Source: Octopus bimaculoides (Eukaryota). From it: a stretch of 51,080 bases of DNA. The stretch spans positions 52,003,218 to 52,054,297 of the forward strand of contig NC_068990.1 in assembly GCF_001194135.2 (NCBI RefSeq), written 5' to 3'. Shown here one piece after another: positions 12,521-25,199 of the stretch. The notes beneath the pieces were generated by a model that had not been told where the DNA came from, made no database searches, and saw only the letters and a list, made by a program, of their open reading frames with translations. Within the stretch, counting starts at the first letter, position 1, and every line of letters begins with the position of its first letter. Position numbers and translations under genes: made by a program.

Positions 12521-12581
12521 ATCATGTACGACGTTTCGTGTTTATAATTTTATAAAAATTCATTTCACTCTTCAGCATGAT
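12521..12581 (-). ncRNA. Type I hammerhead ribozyme, intact core
   Basis: Minus strand: ATCATG CTGAAGA GTG..CAC GAAAC GTC GTA CATGAT. 6-bp helix I, GUA cleavage triplet. Confidence 0.8.
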
Positions 12582-13352
12582 ATCTAAATTATCAATCTGA
12601 AAATGCTACCCATGTACATTTGACCATGCGACATCAAATATCACATAAGAAAAATCATCATCTCCAAATTTATATCGACTAGTAAATTCCGTATCCCTCC
12701 TCAAATTACCCCCATATGCGTCACGAATAGTCCCGCAGAAAAGATTGCAGTTTAACTATCCAGGAGTAGATTATCAATATAGATATACTCGCAACAACTA
12801 TGAATGTCAATAGTTTATACATCAATATGCATGTGCATGCGTGTATGTTTCTTTCTAAGTTACTTAAGATATATAAGAGCAAAAACAAAACAATTATAAA
12901 TAAACATAATATAAATATATAATAAAATAACGTTAAAATAAGATGAAATAAATAAAATAGATTATACGAAAGTGAAATTGAAATAAATTTTTGTTCATAT
13001 GTGTATGCATGTGTGCTTATATATATGTTTAAATGCATATATACATATTAAATAAGTACGGATGACTATGTTTATGTATTAACATGTGTATGTGTTTATA
13101 TATACATATAAGTGTGTGTTTTCATCCTAAGTTATTATATAAGTTCTCAAGTATGTATTCATGTTGGTAGAATGTTATCAAGGTAATTATACTATCATTT
13201 ATATTTAGATATAAAAGTATGTTTAATACTTGTGCGATCGTGTATGTTCATTTGCGCATTACTTGATATTAATATTTATATTTAAATTCAATGATAATGA
13301 TAATAATAGTCAATTAAAGTGTATAAGAGTAAAAGTAAATTATTAAAATATA

Positions 13353-13650
13353 TAACTAGAAAAGCACTCGGAGAGCGCAGACCTCCGCCAAGCAGCTCAT
13401 TTCCACCCATGCTGAAAATCGCCAAATTCCCCAAACCAACGCCGGCAAAAACATAACCTCCTCTCATACTTATTTCGACCATCGTCATCATCAACACTGT
13501 CTCTGCTTTCACCACAATCACTGTCAAAACTACGATCACCACAATCAATTCCTTTACACAGTTGAAAATCCATTATCCGATACTCATGGGATCGAGATTG
13601 TTGCAAATTTTTGATTTTCTAATTTCAGAGTGCTTTATTAAAAAAAAACT
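13353..13650 (+). mobile_element. Non-autonomous repeat, possibly Helitron/Helentron-associated
   Basis: Begins actagaaaagcactcggagagcgcagacctccgccaag. The motif cgcagacctccgccaagcag is repeated at about 14305-14325. The family assignment rests on recall only. Confidence 0.35.
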
Positions 13651-13929
13651 GCATCTACAAAACGGAACAGTTTGAGGATAGAAACCAGGTCTAAACACAA
13701 TAGCTTATAGACATACTCTGGATGTAGTTCTATATAAATCTTTAATACTTTTTTATACTTAAGACCATCAAAAATGTTAAGATATCAGCCTCTACCCATG
13801 TTGTCATGCTTTGATTAAAAGGTTACAGCATAAATTAGATTACTTAGATAAGTTTCGGCCGAAGTTGACTCAGACCAAGTCTAATTTGATAGCATCACCT
13901 GGAAGAGATACACAGTCAGCTCTGGGGAA

Positions 13930-14230
13930 CCGTAGCCCATTCAAGCAGACGGTTATTGTTTTCAGAGACATATCTGGGTGTAGGTGGTTTATCTGGTATT
14001 TCTTGGGGGTAATCATCTAGGGATCATTTGAACGCCGTGAATTCACTTTCCTCCTTTATGTGTGTCTGGCACGATGTTGAAGAGAGCATGGCTAATTGAC
14101 GGGAAAATAGTTCTGTCATAGTGCTGTGATACGACACGAACATTTCTGCAGAGGACGGATGGCGCGGGGGCCAAGCCTCGGTCGGATTTTAAAGATGGAC
14201 AATGAATGGAATATTTTCCACATCATATAG
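13930..14230 (-). mobile_element. CR1/L2-like LINE 3' coding end remnant
   Basis: Minus-strand translation GPRAIR.. and AFK*SLDDYPQEIPDKPPTPRYVSENNNRLLEW resembles the LD..L..IPD.P C-terminus of invertebrate CR1-type ORF2. Confidence 0.45.
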
Positions 14231-14698
14231 ATGATATAGAGCTCACAGCAGCGGTGGAGGGAGCAAAGCCTGAGCTTTATGAGTCGATCCCAATAGTCAT
14301 CCTCCGCAGACCTCCGCCAAGCAGTTCATTTTAACATAGATACGCGAGTAAAATTACTAATAGAGAAAAGAAAATAAACTTTGGAAACAGCAATGCCACC
14401 ATAGGTTATGTGGAAACGATGAACGTGTTTTCAAAGGAAATAATCAAAGAACGTAACATTGTAATACTTCATGTAAAGTAAATATAACAAATGAAAAATA
14501 CTGTGTGAGCTTGTGTACATATATGTATTATAAATGGTACAAACAAGAAAGAAAAAATACAACACGGGATAAACAACTTTTAACAAATACTGTATTAGGT
14601 TAACGCTTGAAAGAAAGGAAGAGTCTTAACATTCCGGATATTAGTTCTTCATTGGAAGACAGAGAAAAACTTAGGAAGCATTGGAGGAGTGAGAAACA

Positions 14699-14729
<31 letters not shown>

Positions 14730-14732
<3 letters not shown>

Positions 14733-15560
14733 TAAAAAATGGAGTCACATCATTTCTACTTCCAACATATGTTTCGAGAAAAACATTGATATTATTCCAG
14801 AGGGAATAAAAATGATGTAAAACAATGCAATCATCTCATCAGGGAAAAAAAGAGAAACAAAACACATCAATAAGCCATTTTAACCGAATGCGATTACTGC
14901 GTATATGATGAAGGGGAACGCTGGCAAGTTATTTTTTTTAAAACTGTTAATAGATTTAACGTCAAAGGTAATTTAGAGAAGGAAAAGAAAGAAAGAAATT
15001 AACAGAAAATTAAGAGTGGAGAAATATAGTGATAGATGAATGGGAATAAAGCTTAAAAACGTGGAAATAGATATATGTAGTGGAAATGAAATGTAAGAAG
15101 ACAGCTAAAGGTTGAATTTTAGAGATTGGTAGAAATTACTTTTAGGAAGTAAAGGTATGTTTTTATCAATGTTTACAATAATAAACGCACTCTTTAAACG
15201 TGTTTACAAGAGTATTCTCCGAGAAAAGGATGAGGAATTGTTCTTCGTTACGGAGTGGGCAAAAAGATTTACTTTGTCATATGAGAAGGATCTAGATAAA
15301 ATTTTTCATTCCAAATCGAACTGTTTATTATGTTCCTTTAGAGACAAGATTAATTTACTAAGCCCAGTATTGTTGCGCTTATTGATATGTCTAAATGTAG
15401 AGTAATGGTTATGTATTGGCTTCGAAAACTGAAACGATGAGCTACCTATGTAAAAAAAAAAAACATCAGAACCTTCGACTCTATCTGACGTGAGAATGTT
15501 CTTGTTTAACTCGACCACCTGGACTTTGGGTTTCTTTACAGGAGCTCATTTGTAGCAAAC
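14730..15560 (-). mobile_element. PLE-3: 3' fragment (GIY-YIG + 3' UTR with HHR)
   Basis: ORF 15306-15518 YIGSSS..HNHYSTFRH..NNTGLSKLILSLKEHNKQFDLE resembles the PLE-1 endonuclease. A same-strand HHR lies downstream. Confidence 0.75.
14760..14846 (-). ncRNA. Type I hammerhead ribozyme (ttcc/ACATATGT family)
   Basis: Minus strand: TTCC CTGATGA GA..TC GAAAC ATAT GTT GGAA; intact core, GUU triplet. Confidence 0.72.
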
Positions 15561-16679
15561 ATTCGAGCCGGGTCTTCTATTTGACAATACGAAACTTAGC
15601 AGCTCTCTATACTTATATATATTGACTTATACAAGTATTTATTGATATATATATATATATAAGGATAATAATAATCCATGGATGGAATTTGTAAATGTTT
15701 TAATCTATCGCTACTCGCGTTTCTACAAATGACATGTATTTTGTGACCATAGTCCGATTTCCTGAGATGATTACTGTTCAATATGTAATATCAATGGACA
15801 TAGGGTGGGTCTTTGTGCATGCGTTCATTTCTTCAGGCGATATAACATTAAATTTGGAAATAACGAATGTTCAACTGAAAGATATTTATCAATATTCGCC
15901 AGTCAAAAGGTCCATTGGGGTATGTGGGCGGTCCAGCGTGCATTTGGATTAACGGAGAGTATATATATATATAATTTTAAATACACAACCGAATAGTTCT
16001 TACAGACTCCGTATATTCCAATAAATCATTAACGATATCAGTCGAAAAAGTATAGGAAGTGGTTACACTACTGCTTTATCTTTCTGAAGACGTTCAGAAT
16101 GGGATCCATGTGACAACTAATAGTTTCATGCTGTTATGATATTTGAACAGGAATATCTATAAAATGCGCCATGTATCTTAAAGCAATACTTCAGGCTCCG
16201 TTTATGCGTTATATATATTTTAAAAACAAACACACTGGACGAAATAAGAAATAACGTAGAAAAAATGTGAAGAAGTTTAGTGCAAAAATTGGAACGTAAA
16301 ACAGGAAACGGAATCAAGAAAACTAAGATTCTCGTCTCCCCTGATTGCGGAAAGTTCGTTAAATACAACTGATTTACAACAAAATAACAGAAAATATGTC
16401 AAAGTCTGCGAGACAGCAACTCAAACTAGAGCGGGTGGTGTTTTCCAATACGATAAAAGAAACTTGTTCATGTGTGTGCACATGCTAAAATTTTCAGATT
16501 TCGAACTTAGAATCAAGAAGAATTATAGAGACAATGATGATAAGAATAATGATGGTTATCATAATGAAGAGAAAATAATGATTGTAATAGTAAGTTTATT
16601 AAGTCATGGTACACTAAGCGAGAATTTTTGGGAGAGACAACTTACAATGTAACTTGAAATAAACTCACAATTTTTAACT

Positions 16680-16697
16680 TCTCTCTATCTTTCCCCT

Positions 16698-16752
<55 letters not shown>

Positions 16753-16760
16753 TACTCTTT

Positions 16761-16792
<32 letters not shown>
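16680..16792. repeat. Compound (CT)n/(GT)n microsatellite
   Basis: Direct observation. Confidence 0.9.
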
Positions 16793-17354
16793 AAAGCAAA
16801 TATGGTAGTAAGTAGTACTGATTTATATTTACCTAAGAACAACCAATTTTGTTTAACGTTCATTAGAGAAAGAATCCCACCCCTACCATGAAATCAGTTG
16901 TAACTTAAAGCTATGCATAATGTATAGAAACAAGGACTCAAGAAAAGTAGTCTAATTTTCAAAACTGCTTGCATTGGCAATGTGGGTGCTTTAACGCATT
17001 CATAAAGGTGAGATAAAAAAAAATTGACGTTCCTTAAATAATTAATGATTCTTTCAAATAAACCCAAAATATTTTGTGGTGCATCGTGAATTAATTGACT
17101 CTGTCAGCGCTTACATTGTTATGCAAATTAGCAGAGTTTCAATTTGTAAACCCTGTGTATATATATATAATATAGTATTCTTACATTAGCTACAATATGA
17201 ATAGTCTTCGCTTGACGAAACTAGAAACTAGTCACATGGATCACATTCTGAACGTCCTCAGAAAGATAAATCAGTAGTGTAACGACTTCCTATATTTTTT
17301 CGACTGATATCGTTAATGATTTATTGGAATATACGGAGTCTGTAAGAAGATAAC

Positions 17355-17519
17355 GGCAGCGGTGGAAGCGGCAGTAGCGGCGGCAGCGGTGGAAGTAGCG
17401 GCACCGGTCGCGGCGGCACCGGTCACGGCGGCACCAGTCGCGGCGGTACAGGTCACGGCGGCACCGGTCATGGTGGCACCGGTCACGGTGGCACCGGTCA
17501 CGGTGGCACCGGTCACGGT
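17355..17519. repeat. GC-rich 15-bp minisatellite (g(c/t)ggcaccggtcacg) running into a gap
   Basis: About 8 units preceded by a GCA/GTA/GCG/GTG triplet mix; (GGA)n follows the gap. Confidence 0.9.
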
Positions 17520-18344
17520 NNNNNNNNNNNNNNNNNNNNNNNNNNNNNNNNNNNNNNNNNNNNNNNNNNNNNNNNNNNNNNNNNNNNNNNNNNNNNNNNN
17601 NNNNNNNNNNNNNNNNNNNNNNNNNNNNNNNNNNNNNNNNNNNNNNNNNNNNNNNNNNNNNNNNNNNNNNNNNNNNNNNNNNNNNNNNNNNNNNNNNNNN
17701 NNNNNNNNNNNNNNNNNNNNNNNNNNNNNNNNNNNNNNNNNNNNNNNNNNNNNNNNNNNNNNNNNNNNNNNNNNNNNNNNNNNNNNNNNNNNNNGAGGAG
17801 GAGGAGGAGGAGGAGGAGGACAAGGAGGAGTTGCTGTCAGTGTTATCTCGCCCTCCTTGATACAACCCCTACAATCTTGTCTTGGGGAAGGTCATGATTA
17901 GATCATACATAACTAGATTACGTTAATCTGAGATTAATTATTTCAGCCTACCTTATCTAATATGTTCCTCCATTTTGAAGATGGTAGAATGTAGCTTGAC
18001 GGAGATTTGGATGCTATTTCTAGCAAGCCAAGCAACCACATAAAGAATCCTTCATTGGTTTGCTGGTGATTTTGTGGGTATGGCTGAAGTGTGATAGGAA
18101 TAGTGACTATGATAATAATTTTGTTTGTGTAAGACAGAAAACAGTTTGTCTAAGAATGAGACTATAAAAACTGGTCGATTGACTCGATGCTAATATATTA
18201 TTAGCGCAACTTATTTTATCGAAGTCTACCTTTCATAGTCACAACCTCATCTCTTCCCTTCCTCAACTTCTTTTTATGACTTGGAAGTAAATGTTTCTTT
18301 CTTCATAGTTCTGTCCGCTGTCCAAAGTCATTCTTTCTTCCCAT

Positions 18345-18405
18345 CTGTTTATCTATCTCTGTCCTCTTCTCTCTCTCTCTTTTTCTCTCTATCTTTATCT
18401 CTCTA

Positions 18406-18436
<31 letters not shown>

Positions 18437-18452
18437 CTTTCTCTCTCTCTCA

Positions 18453-18481
<29 letters not shown>
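18345..18481. repeat. Compound (CT)/(CTAT)/(AT) microsatellite
   Basis: Direct observation. Confidence 0.9.
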
Positions 18482-18485
<4 letters not shown>

Positions 18486-18521
18486 GACTATATGTGTGTG
18501 TGCATACATATATATTCATTT

Positions 18522-18873
18522 TTTATTTGTTTCAGTCATTAGACTGCGGCCATGCTGAAGCAACGCCTTTAGTCGAACAAGTTGACGCCAGAATTTATTC
18601 TATGTAAGCCTAGTACTTATTCTATCGGTCTCTTTTGCTGAACCACTAAGTTACGGCAACGTAAACACACTAACATCGGTTGTCAAGCGATGGTAGGGGG
18701 ACAAACACAAACACACAAATATACACATATATTTCAGTTTCCGTCTACCAAGACTTTGGTCGGCCCGAGGCGATAGTAGAAGACATTCGCCCAAACTGCC
18801 ACCCAGTGGGACTGAACCCGGAACCATGTGGATGGTAAGCAAACTACCTACCAGACAGCCACCCCTGCGCCTA
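18522..18873 (-). mobile_element. tRNA-derived SINE, family B
   Basis: Minus-strand head has A/B-box-like gtggctgtctggtagg and ggttcagtccc. Colinear with 48163-48550. Confidence 0.85.
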
Positions 18874-18903
18874 TATATACATAATACATACATACATACA
18901 GAC

Positions 18904-18905
<2 letters not shown>

Positions 18906-18996
<91 letters not shown>

Positions 18997-18998
18997 CG
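18906..18998. repeat. (TG)n microsatellite
   Basis: Direct observation. Confidence 0.95.
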
Positions 18999-19860
18999 TA
19001 GCTATTTCTGTTTATTTTGATTGCAGGTATTTCCTGCGTATACGCCCAGCTGCCAAAGACTGGATATTTTATTGTCATCAAGAAGTATATTAAATTTCCT
19101 TTGACGTTCTTTAATGGCCTTTATAGTATGTGACCTCTCTTAATGAGATCAATATGACGTAGCATCGCTTAAAAGAAGTGATACATGTTATTAATATGAC
19201 AATTCCTTGAGACATTAAACGTCTCGTGGTTATAAAGAAACTTTCGTCTCAACTTAGTTTTGATTTTTTCTTCCAATTTGTTCTTCTAATAATAAACCCC
19301 ATCTGTAAGTCTAACATACTGAAATCACTAACAGCTATGTTTATACCATCATGTTTGTACCACCATGGTTGTACCGCTATGTTTAGTTCAGTTCAATAAC
19401 GTGTTTTTTTTTTGTTTTTTTTTTGTCTGGTTTCAGTCCTTTCAAATTGTTTTTTCTGGTTATATGCCTACTAAAGTACGTCGTCCACTCCCACCGTATC
19501 GTAATATTTCGTTCCTTCATTATTATTGCTATTATTACATTATTTTCTTCCGACCACATCCTTGTTCAAAGTTTTGTGTCTGCCTTACAAGCTGCGAGAA
19601 TCTGTTGAGCGTCGGACAAAATACTTTGTAGTGGTCATTCCAAATCTCGTCAGCTTTGCCTTTCACCTTTTCAAAGTTGATAAAATAAAGTACTAGTCAA
19701 TTACTTGTATCTTACGCCTAAATCAGAAACCATTATTATTATCATTATGGTTGTGGTTATTATTATTGTCATTGTTATTGTTGTTGTTGTTGTTGCTGCT
19801 GCTGTTGTTGTTTTCATATACACTTAACGGATTAGACTGTTGGAAAAAGAAAAGAAAAAT

Positions 19861-20065
19861 GGCGGCGAGCTGGCAGAATCGTTAGCAGGTTGGGCGAAAT
19901 GCTTACCGGTATTCGTCTGTCGCTACGTTCTGAGTTCTAATTCCACCGAGGTCGACTTTGCCTTTCGTCCTTTCGGGTTCGATAAATTAAGTACCAATTG
20001 CGACTGGCACCCTCCACTCAAAATTTCAGGCCTTGTGCCTATAGTAGAAAGGAAAAGAAAAGAAT
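19861..20065 (+). mobile_element. SINE, family A
   Basis: ggcggcgagctggcagaatcgttagc..gtcgactttgcctttc..ggccttgtgcctatagtagaaa; homologous segments at 57, 32611 and 33715. Confidence 0.85.
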
Positions 20066-23000
20066 CCTAGCATCGGGCTACAACAAGTAGGCTTAGATGC
20101 CAAGAACCCGCCTTTTAGGTTACAGTAAATAACCTTAGATGCCAAGAACCCTCCTAAGTATCCTAGCTGTCCTTAATAACACTGGTTCCTGGAGCTGCAC
20201 TAAACTGGGTTTTATGCCTATTTCCTCTATCCATCTGTTCGGATCTTTACGGATAGTTTCTAATGCACCTATAACTACTGGGATACAATTTACCCGCACT
20301 TTCTATAGTCTTTGTAATTCAATAGCTAGGTCCTAGCTTGGTCCTAGCTAGGTCCTGGTACTTTGCTGTTTTTTCTATAACTCTCATATTAATGTTTTCA
20401 TCATTTGGTACTGTAAAATCAATTATTTGGCACTTTCAATTCTCTTTATCTACTACTACCAAATCAGGTTTTCTATCTTCTCTGTCAGTCTGAATTTGAA
20501 TGTACCACAACATCTTATTTTCTTCTACTGTACTAGGTTCGTGTTCATACTATTTATCAGTATGTTCAAGTCCTAGCTTTCTATATAGCTCCCAGTGGAT
20601 CGCTCGCCCTAGATTGTCATGTCTTTTCCTTTATTCTTTCTGTGCCAGCATGCTACATTCTCTTACTATATGAGTGACGCTTTCCTCTTTTGATTTGCAT
20701 AATACTCATTGAGAGTAAACTTGGTTTTTGTCCATCTTGGCTTTTATATATTTAGTCCTTAATGTTCGATCTTGTGCTGCTACTGACAAACTTTCTGTCT
20801 CTCTCTTCAACTTTTCTTTCTGTAACAATAATTATGTCTCACTATTACTATTTGCTGCAACTATCTTTGAGAATCTACCATACAGCACGTTCTCCTGCAA
20901 GATAGATAATTTCTGTTCTTTTCTCTGTTTTTTTAAATTTCGTTTGGGTTTTTGGTTTCTCTATATCTTGCTGTGACTCTAGCCGTTTTTAATAAACTTT
21001 CTGCACTATTACCCACATAGGAGTCTATATCTACTCTACCTAATTCCACTCAATCTTCTACTGATATTAACCCTCTTCCGTTTTCCATTCTAGGTAGATA
21101 TAATCCTGCTACTCCTGCCCTTAGGTGGAGTCCTCTATTCATATTGACTTCCTTCCTAGTTCTTCTGTCTAGCGTTGCTAATTCAGTTTTTGTCCAATCT
21201 GCAAAAGCTGCTAAGTTTCTAAGTAATGATAGTGCCCAAGTATTTACAACCTTCACTAGATTCAAACCATTTAGCTTAGATTACATTAGCTTCGTCACCC
21301 TTCTGATGTACTCCTTCTCAATTTTCGCGTTCGTTTCTGTAGTTAGTACCCTGTCAGATTCTAATACTCCTAGATACTTATAACTTTCTCCTCCTTTCAA
21401 TGATTTTAATGCCTGGCCATCTAGTAATTGGATGCCTTCGCTGTTGACTACCTGGCCACTTCTCATGACTAATATTGCACAAAATTCCATCTATGCAAAA
21501 TTCCATGTCTATATCTTTTCTGGCGAGTCTTACAGTCTGTATTAAGGAATCTATCTCTTTTTCATTCTTACTAAAAACTTCAGATCATCCATGTTGAGCA
21601 AATGGTTAGTTTTTCCATAACTATTTTTGAACTGATACCCTGCCTTTGCCTTCCTTAATACTAAACTGACGGAAATTAAACATAAGAAAAATATTAAAGG
21701 GGACATCGAGTCCATCTGGGAAATTCCTCTTTTGATATTAACTTTCCCTCAGAGTGTGTCACCTGAGTAGAGGTTTACTTTCCATTTCTTCATGCTAAAG
21801 TGAATCAATTCCCTTATGTTGTCTGCTATACTGAATATGCTCAAACATTCACTTATCCATGAGTGTGGGATCATGTCATAGGCTTTCCTGTAATCTGTCC
21901 ATACTATTAATAGATTTTTCTTTCTAGTTTTCACTTCATTTAGAACTGTTTCGTCTATATATAATAGATCGTGCGTTCCTCTAGCCTTATTCTTGCAACC
22001 TTTCTGTTCTTCTGGCAGTAAATTTTGGTTGTCAAGGTGCTGGTAAATGTTTTCTGAGAGTATTCCTGTCAACAGCTTCCACACTAACGGTAAGAAAGTT
22101 ACTGGTCTATAGTTGCTAGCTGTATTACCCTTTCTTTTGTCTTTCATAATGAGTATTGTTCTCCCTCTAGTCATCCAATCTGGTATTATTCCTCCATTAA
22201 AGCAATCCTGAAGTTGTTCCCTCAGCCTCTCCATTGAACTAAATCTGTTCCTGGACCCTTCCAATTCAGCATTTTTCTTAACACTTTACTCATTAATACA
22301 CTAGTTAATCTTAGATTTGGCTGCTTCTCACTACTTCTTCCTTCACTCTCTTTAACCATACTGCATCTCCATTATAATTGACTGGCTTGTCCCAAATATT
22401 ACTCCAGAACTTTTTAGTTTCTTCTGCATTAGGTATCTCATCTTCAGTACTTCGTTCTCCACTATTTATTTGGTTATAAAATCTCTTTTGATCTGTCTCA
22501 AAGAAACTATTCTGTTGATACTGATCTATTCTTTTCTGATATCTGGAGAGCTTGTCTGCTACTGCTATGATACGCTGTTTCAACTCTTCTATTACTGTCC
22601 CAAATCCTTTCTTTTTGTCTAAGTATCTTTTCTCGAGGGAAGATTTGCATCTTGTGTTTCCTAACTTGTTTGTTTTCCAGGTTTCTATTCTACTCAGATC
22701 TTGTCTTAAAGTCTTCACTTTATTTTGTAGTTTCCTTTTCTTCATTTGCTCTTTTTTAATCTTTCCCTGTGAAATATCTGATCTTCTGGTGACTACTACC
22801 CCTCCTGCATAGATCAATAAGTTAGCGTCTCCTATATTTTTAGTGTCTATCCTACTGATAACAGAGTCTACTTTCCTGATCATTGCTAGCAGCGTCCTTC
22901 TGTTGGTGCCTCTTAATGCTGGCAATCTTTTTCTTCTTACTCATTATTTCCTACAAATCATCTAAAATCTTCTGATCTTCTTCACTTAAATTACATAGGA

Positions 23001-23480
23001 CGTTGGTCCCAGTTGTCCCTTCCTCATTGGTAGCGCTATTATTATTTTTTCCTTTAGGTTCTTTGGTTTGAGATGTATCACTTATATATTGTTGTTTGTC
23101 TTCCTTATTGCCTGGTCTTTCTTTTCCAGTTCTCTTGTGATCTCTTCTACCTCCAATTCTGTCATCCACTTTCTTCTCCTAATAGCATTAGCTTGATCAA
23201 CTAATCTCTCCTCAACCACTTTAAACATACCTTCCTTTACTCAAAGTGTTAACATCCGTTTTCTATAGCCTCTTCTTTTATGTTCACTTTCTAAGTAATA
23301 TTGCATCACTATCCTGTTATCTTCGCTGGTCTACTTTCTCCTCTTTGCTCTCTTATCTGCTGATATAGTATTAGGATAACAGCTGTGGTCAGTCTGCATC
23401 TTTATTGAACCACTGCCGAGCGAGAGGCCCGTCCTTAAAGGTCCAGTTTCATGTTCTTCGGAAACTCCTATCTCTCATAA
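20066..23480 (-). mobile_element. Near full-length degraded R4/Dong-clade non-LTR retrotransposon (RT + CCHC + RLE)
   Basis: ORF remnant from about 23399 to 20135: RRK*TSEDNRIVMQYY..GYRKRM; NYRPVTFLPLVWKLLT; EEQKGC; DYRKAYDMIPHSW; HIVSECSMLAQKEYKRRHD; RKPDLVVVDK..IIDFTVP; IPVVIGAL..LRRVLGI*. Confidence 0.9.
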
Positions 23481-23566
23481 AGGTATGGTGACGTTCGTCA
23501 CCATCGTCATCACTACTATTATTTTTCGACATTTGAAAGTTTCAAGTAACAACTTTCTATTGCATT

Positions 23567-23569
<3 letters not shown>

Positions 23570-23623
<54 letters not shown>

Positions 23624-23672
23624 CATCATTATTATTATTATTATCGTCATTATTGTTATTGTTGTTGTTATG
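23570..23672. repeat. (TTA)n microsatellite flanking the Dong 5' end
   Basis: Direct observation. Confidence 0.95.
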
Positions 23673-24616
23673 AATTTTTCTGAACTTTACTAAGATCTAT
23701 GATCTTAGTAACATTCTTACCAAATATTTAGTAAAATGTGTTGGAACATGGAGATTGTATCCATGGTATTAATTAGCATGTGATTTGATTTTAAATTTTA
23801 ATCACTTAAATGTTTGTGGTTTTGTGCTTTTGCCCTTTCGTGTACCTATTGGGTGGAATTTTCCTAGGTACGTGTACACATTTACTTGTTTGTCCATTAT
23901 TACCACCACTTGGAATTTTATTGGCTATCTAGGATGTAAAATTTAGCATTATTTTGAGTAGGTTATTCTATTCGTATGCACCTCCTGTACTAGTTGTCTC
24001 TCCTTGAGTATAAATAAAAATTATAACATATTGACTGACAGTATTTATCTATTTATTTTATTCCCATTTATGTTATGTTGAGAAGTTGCAGAAGGCCATA
24101 AGCGACCTCGTACCACTTATATCATAGTCGTCTCCCCCGCACCCTTTATTTACAGCTTCGTTTTCTTTACTTACATATCCCATGAAACGGTTTTAACTTT
24201 TGCCCTTGGTTCAAATATAATTGATCAAACGTAGTGATGGACAGACTTTGGTCAATTCCATTGCGGACAACAGGTGGTAGTCTCTACAATATTTCAGTAA
24301 GTACACCATTATAAGAACCCTACGTTTTTGTTTTTGGATAAATATTAACTAGCACTATTTACGATAACATAAGTGCTATTCTTTTTCTAGACATATTGGT
24401 AATTTTCTTGTCTTATCTTAGTGGTGCTAACTTCATTTCACTACTTTTCAAACATCCTGGTTCCTCCTTTATATAGAAATAACTCGTAAATATTCCCTAG
24501 ATCACTACTAGATCATTCTTTTGCCTATCGACTTCAAAGCTCCACGTTGGAAGATGGTATGATTTTAATATAGTCTTATTCCCTCTTTCCTTCGTTTATT
24601 TTATTTTATGCATTTG

Positions 24617-24738
24617 TATTCACTCTGATGAAGCTCCATGTACTAGATCGAATGTCCTATGAAGATGACGAATATTATTTTCGAAGTTCTTTCGTAAGTA
24701 CAGACCGGCATTGGAAGCGGAAACGGTCGTAAGAAATA
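24617..24738 (+). ncRNA. Hammerhead ribozyme with long helix II loop, partly decayed
   Basis: tattcact CTGATGA A GCTCCA [~70 nt] TGGAAGC G GAAAC GGTC GTA agaaata; core intact, helix I bulged. Confidence 0.55.
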
Positions 24739-24894
24739 TTATGTCATAGAAATGTTATGTCAGGTTTTGCATTAAAAAATAATCTACAGATGTGGTTCAA
24801 TTTGTTTGTTGATCTAAAGTTTTCTCCATTTTCTGATTATTTAAATTTGATTCCTGATAAACTTTTGTTTATTCTGTTGTTATCTGTACCCTAT

Positions 24895-24998
24895 GAGCAT
24901 AGTGTGCCTGTATACCCATGCCCAGGTAACTGATACCGATAGTAAGTACGGATATTTTTATCCCTTAGTAGGTTACTATAACCGCTAACTCTGCTTAT

Positions 24999-25051
<53 letters not shown>

Positions 25052-25195
25052 ACGGGTTTCTGTCTACCAAATCCACTCTCGTGGCTTTGGTCGGTCCGAG
25101 GGTCCAGTAAAAGACACTTGCCCAAGGTACCACGCAGTGAGATTGAACCCGGAATCATGTGGTTTGGGAAGCAGGCTTCTTACTACACAGCCAAA
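24895..25195 (-). mobile_element. SINE, family B, with internal (AT)n
   Basis: Shares ctaccaaatccact..ggctttggtcgg..agacacttgcccaagg..gaacccggaa with the other family B copies. Confidence 0.8.
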
Positions 25196-25199
25196 TTCA

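Noticed and set aside
23700-24100. Possible PLE coding remnant upstream of the 24617 HHR
   Set aside because: No unambiguous RT or GIY-YIG motif could be read.
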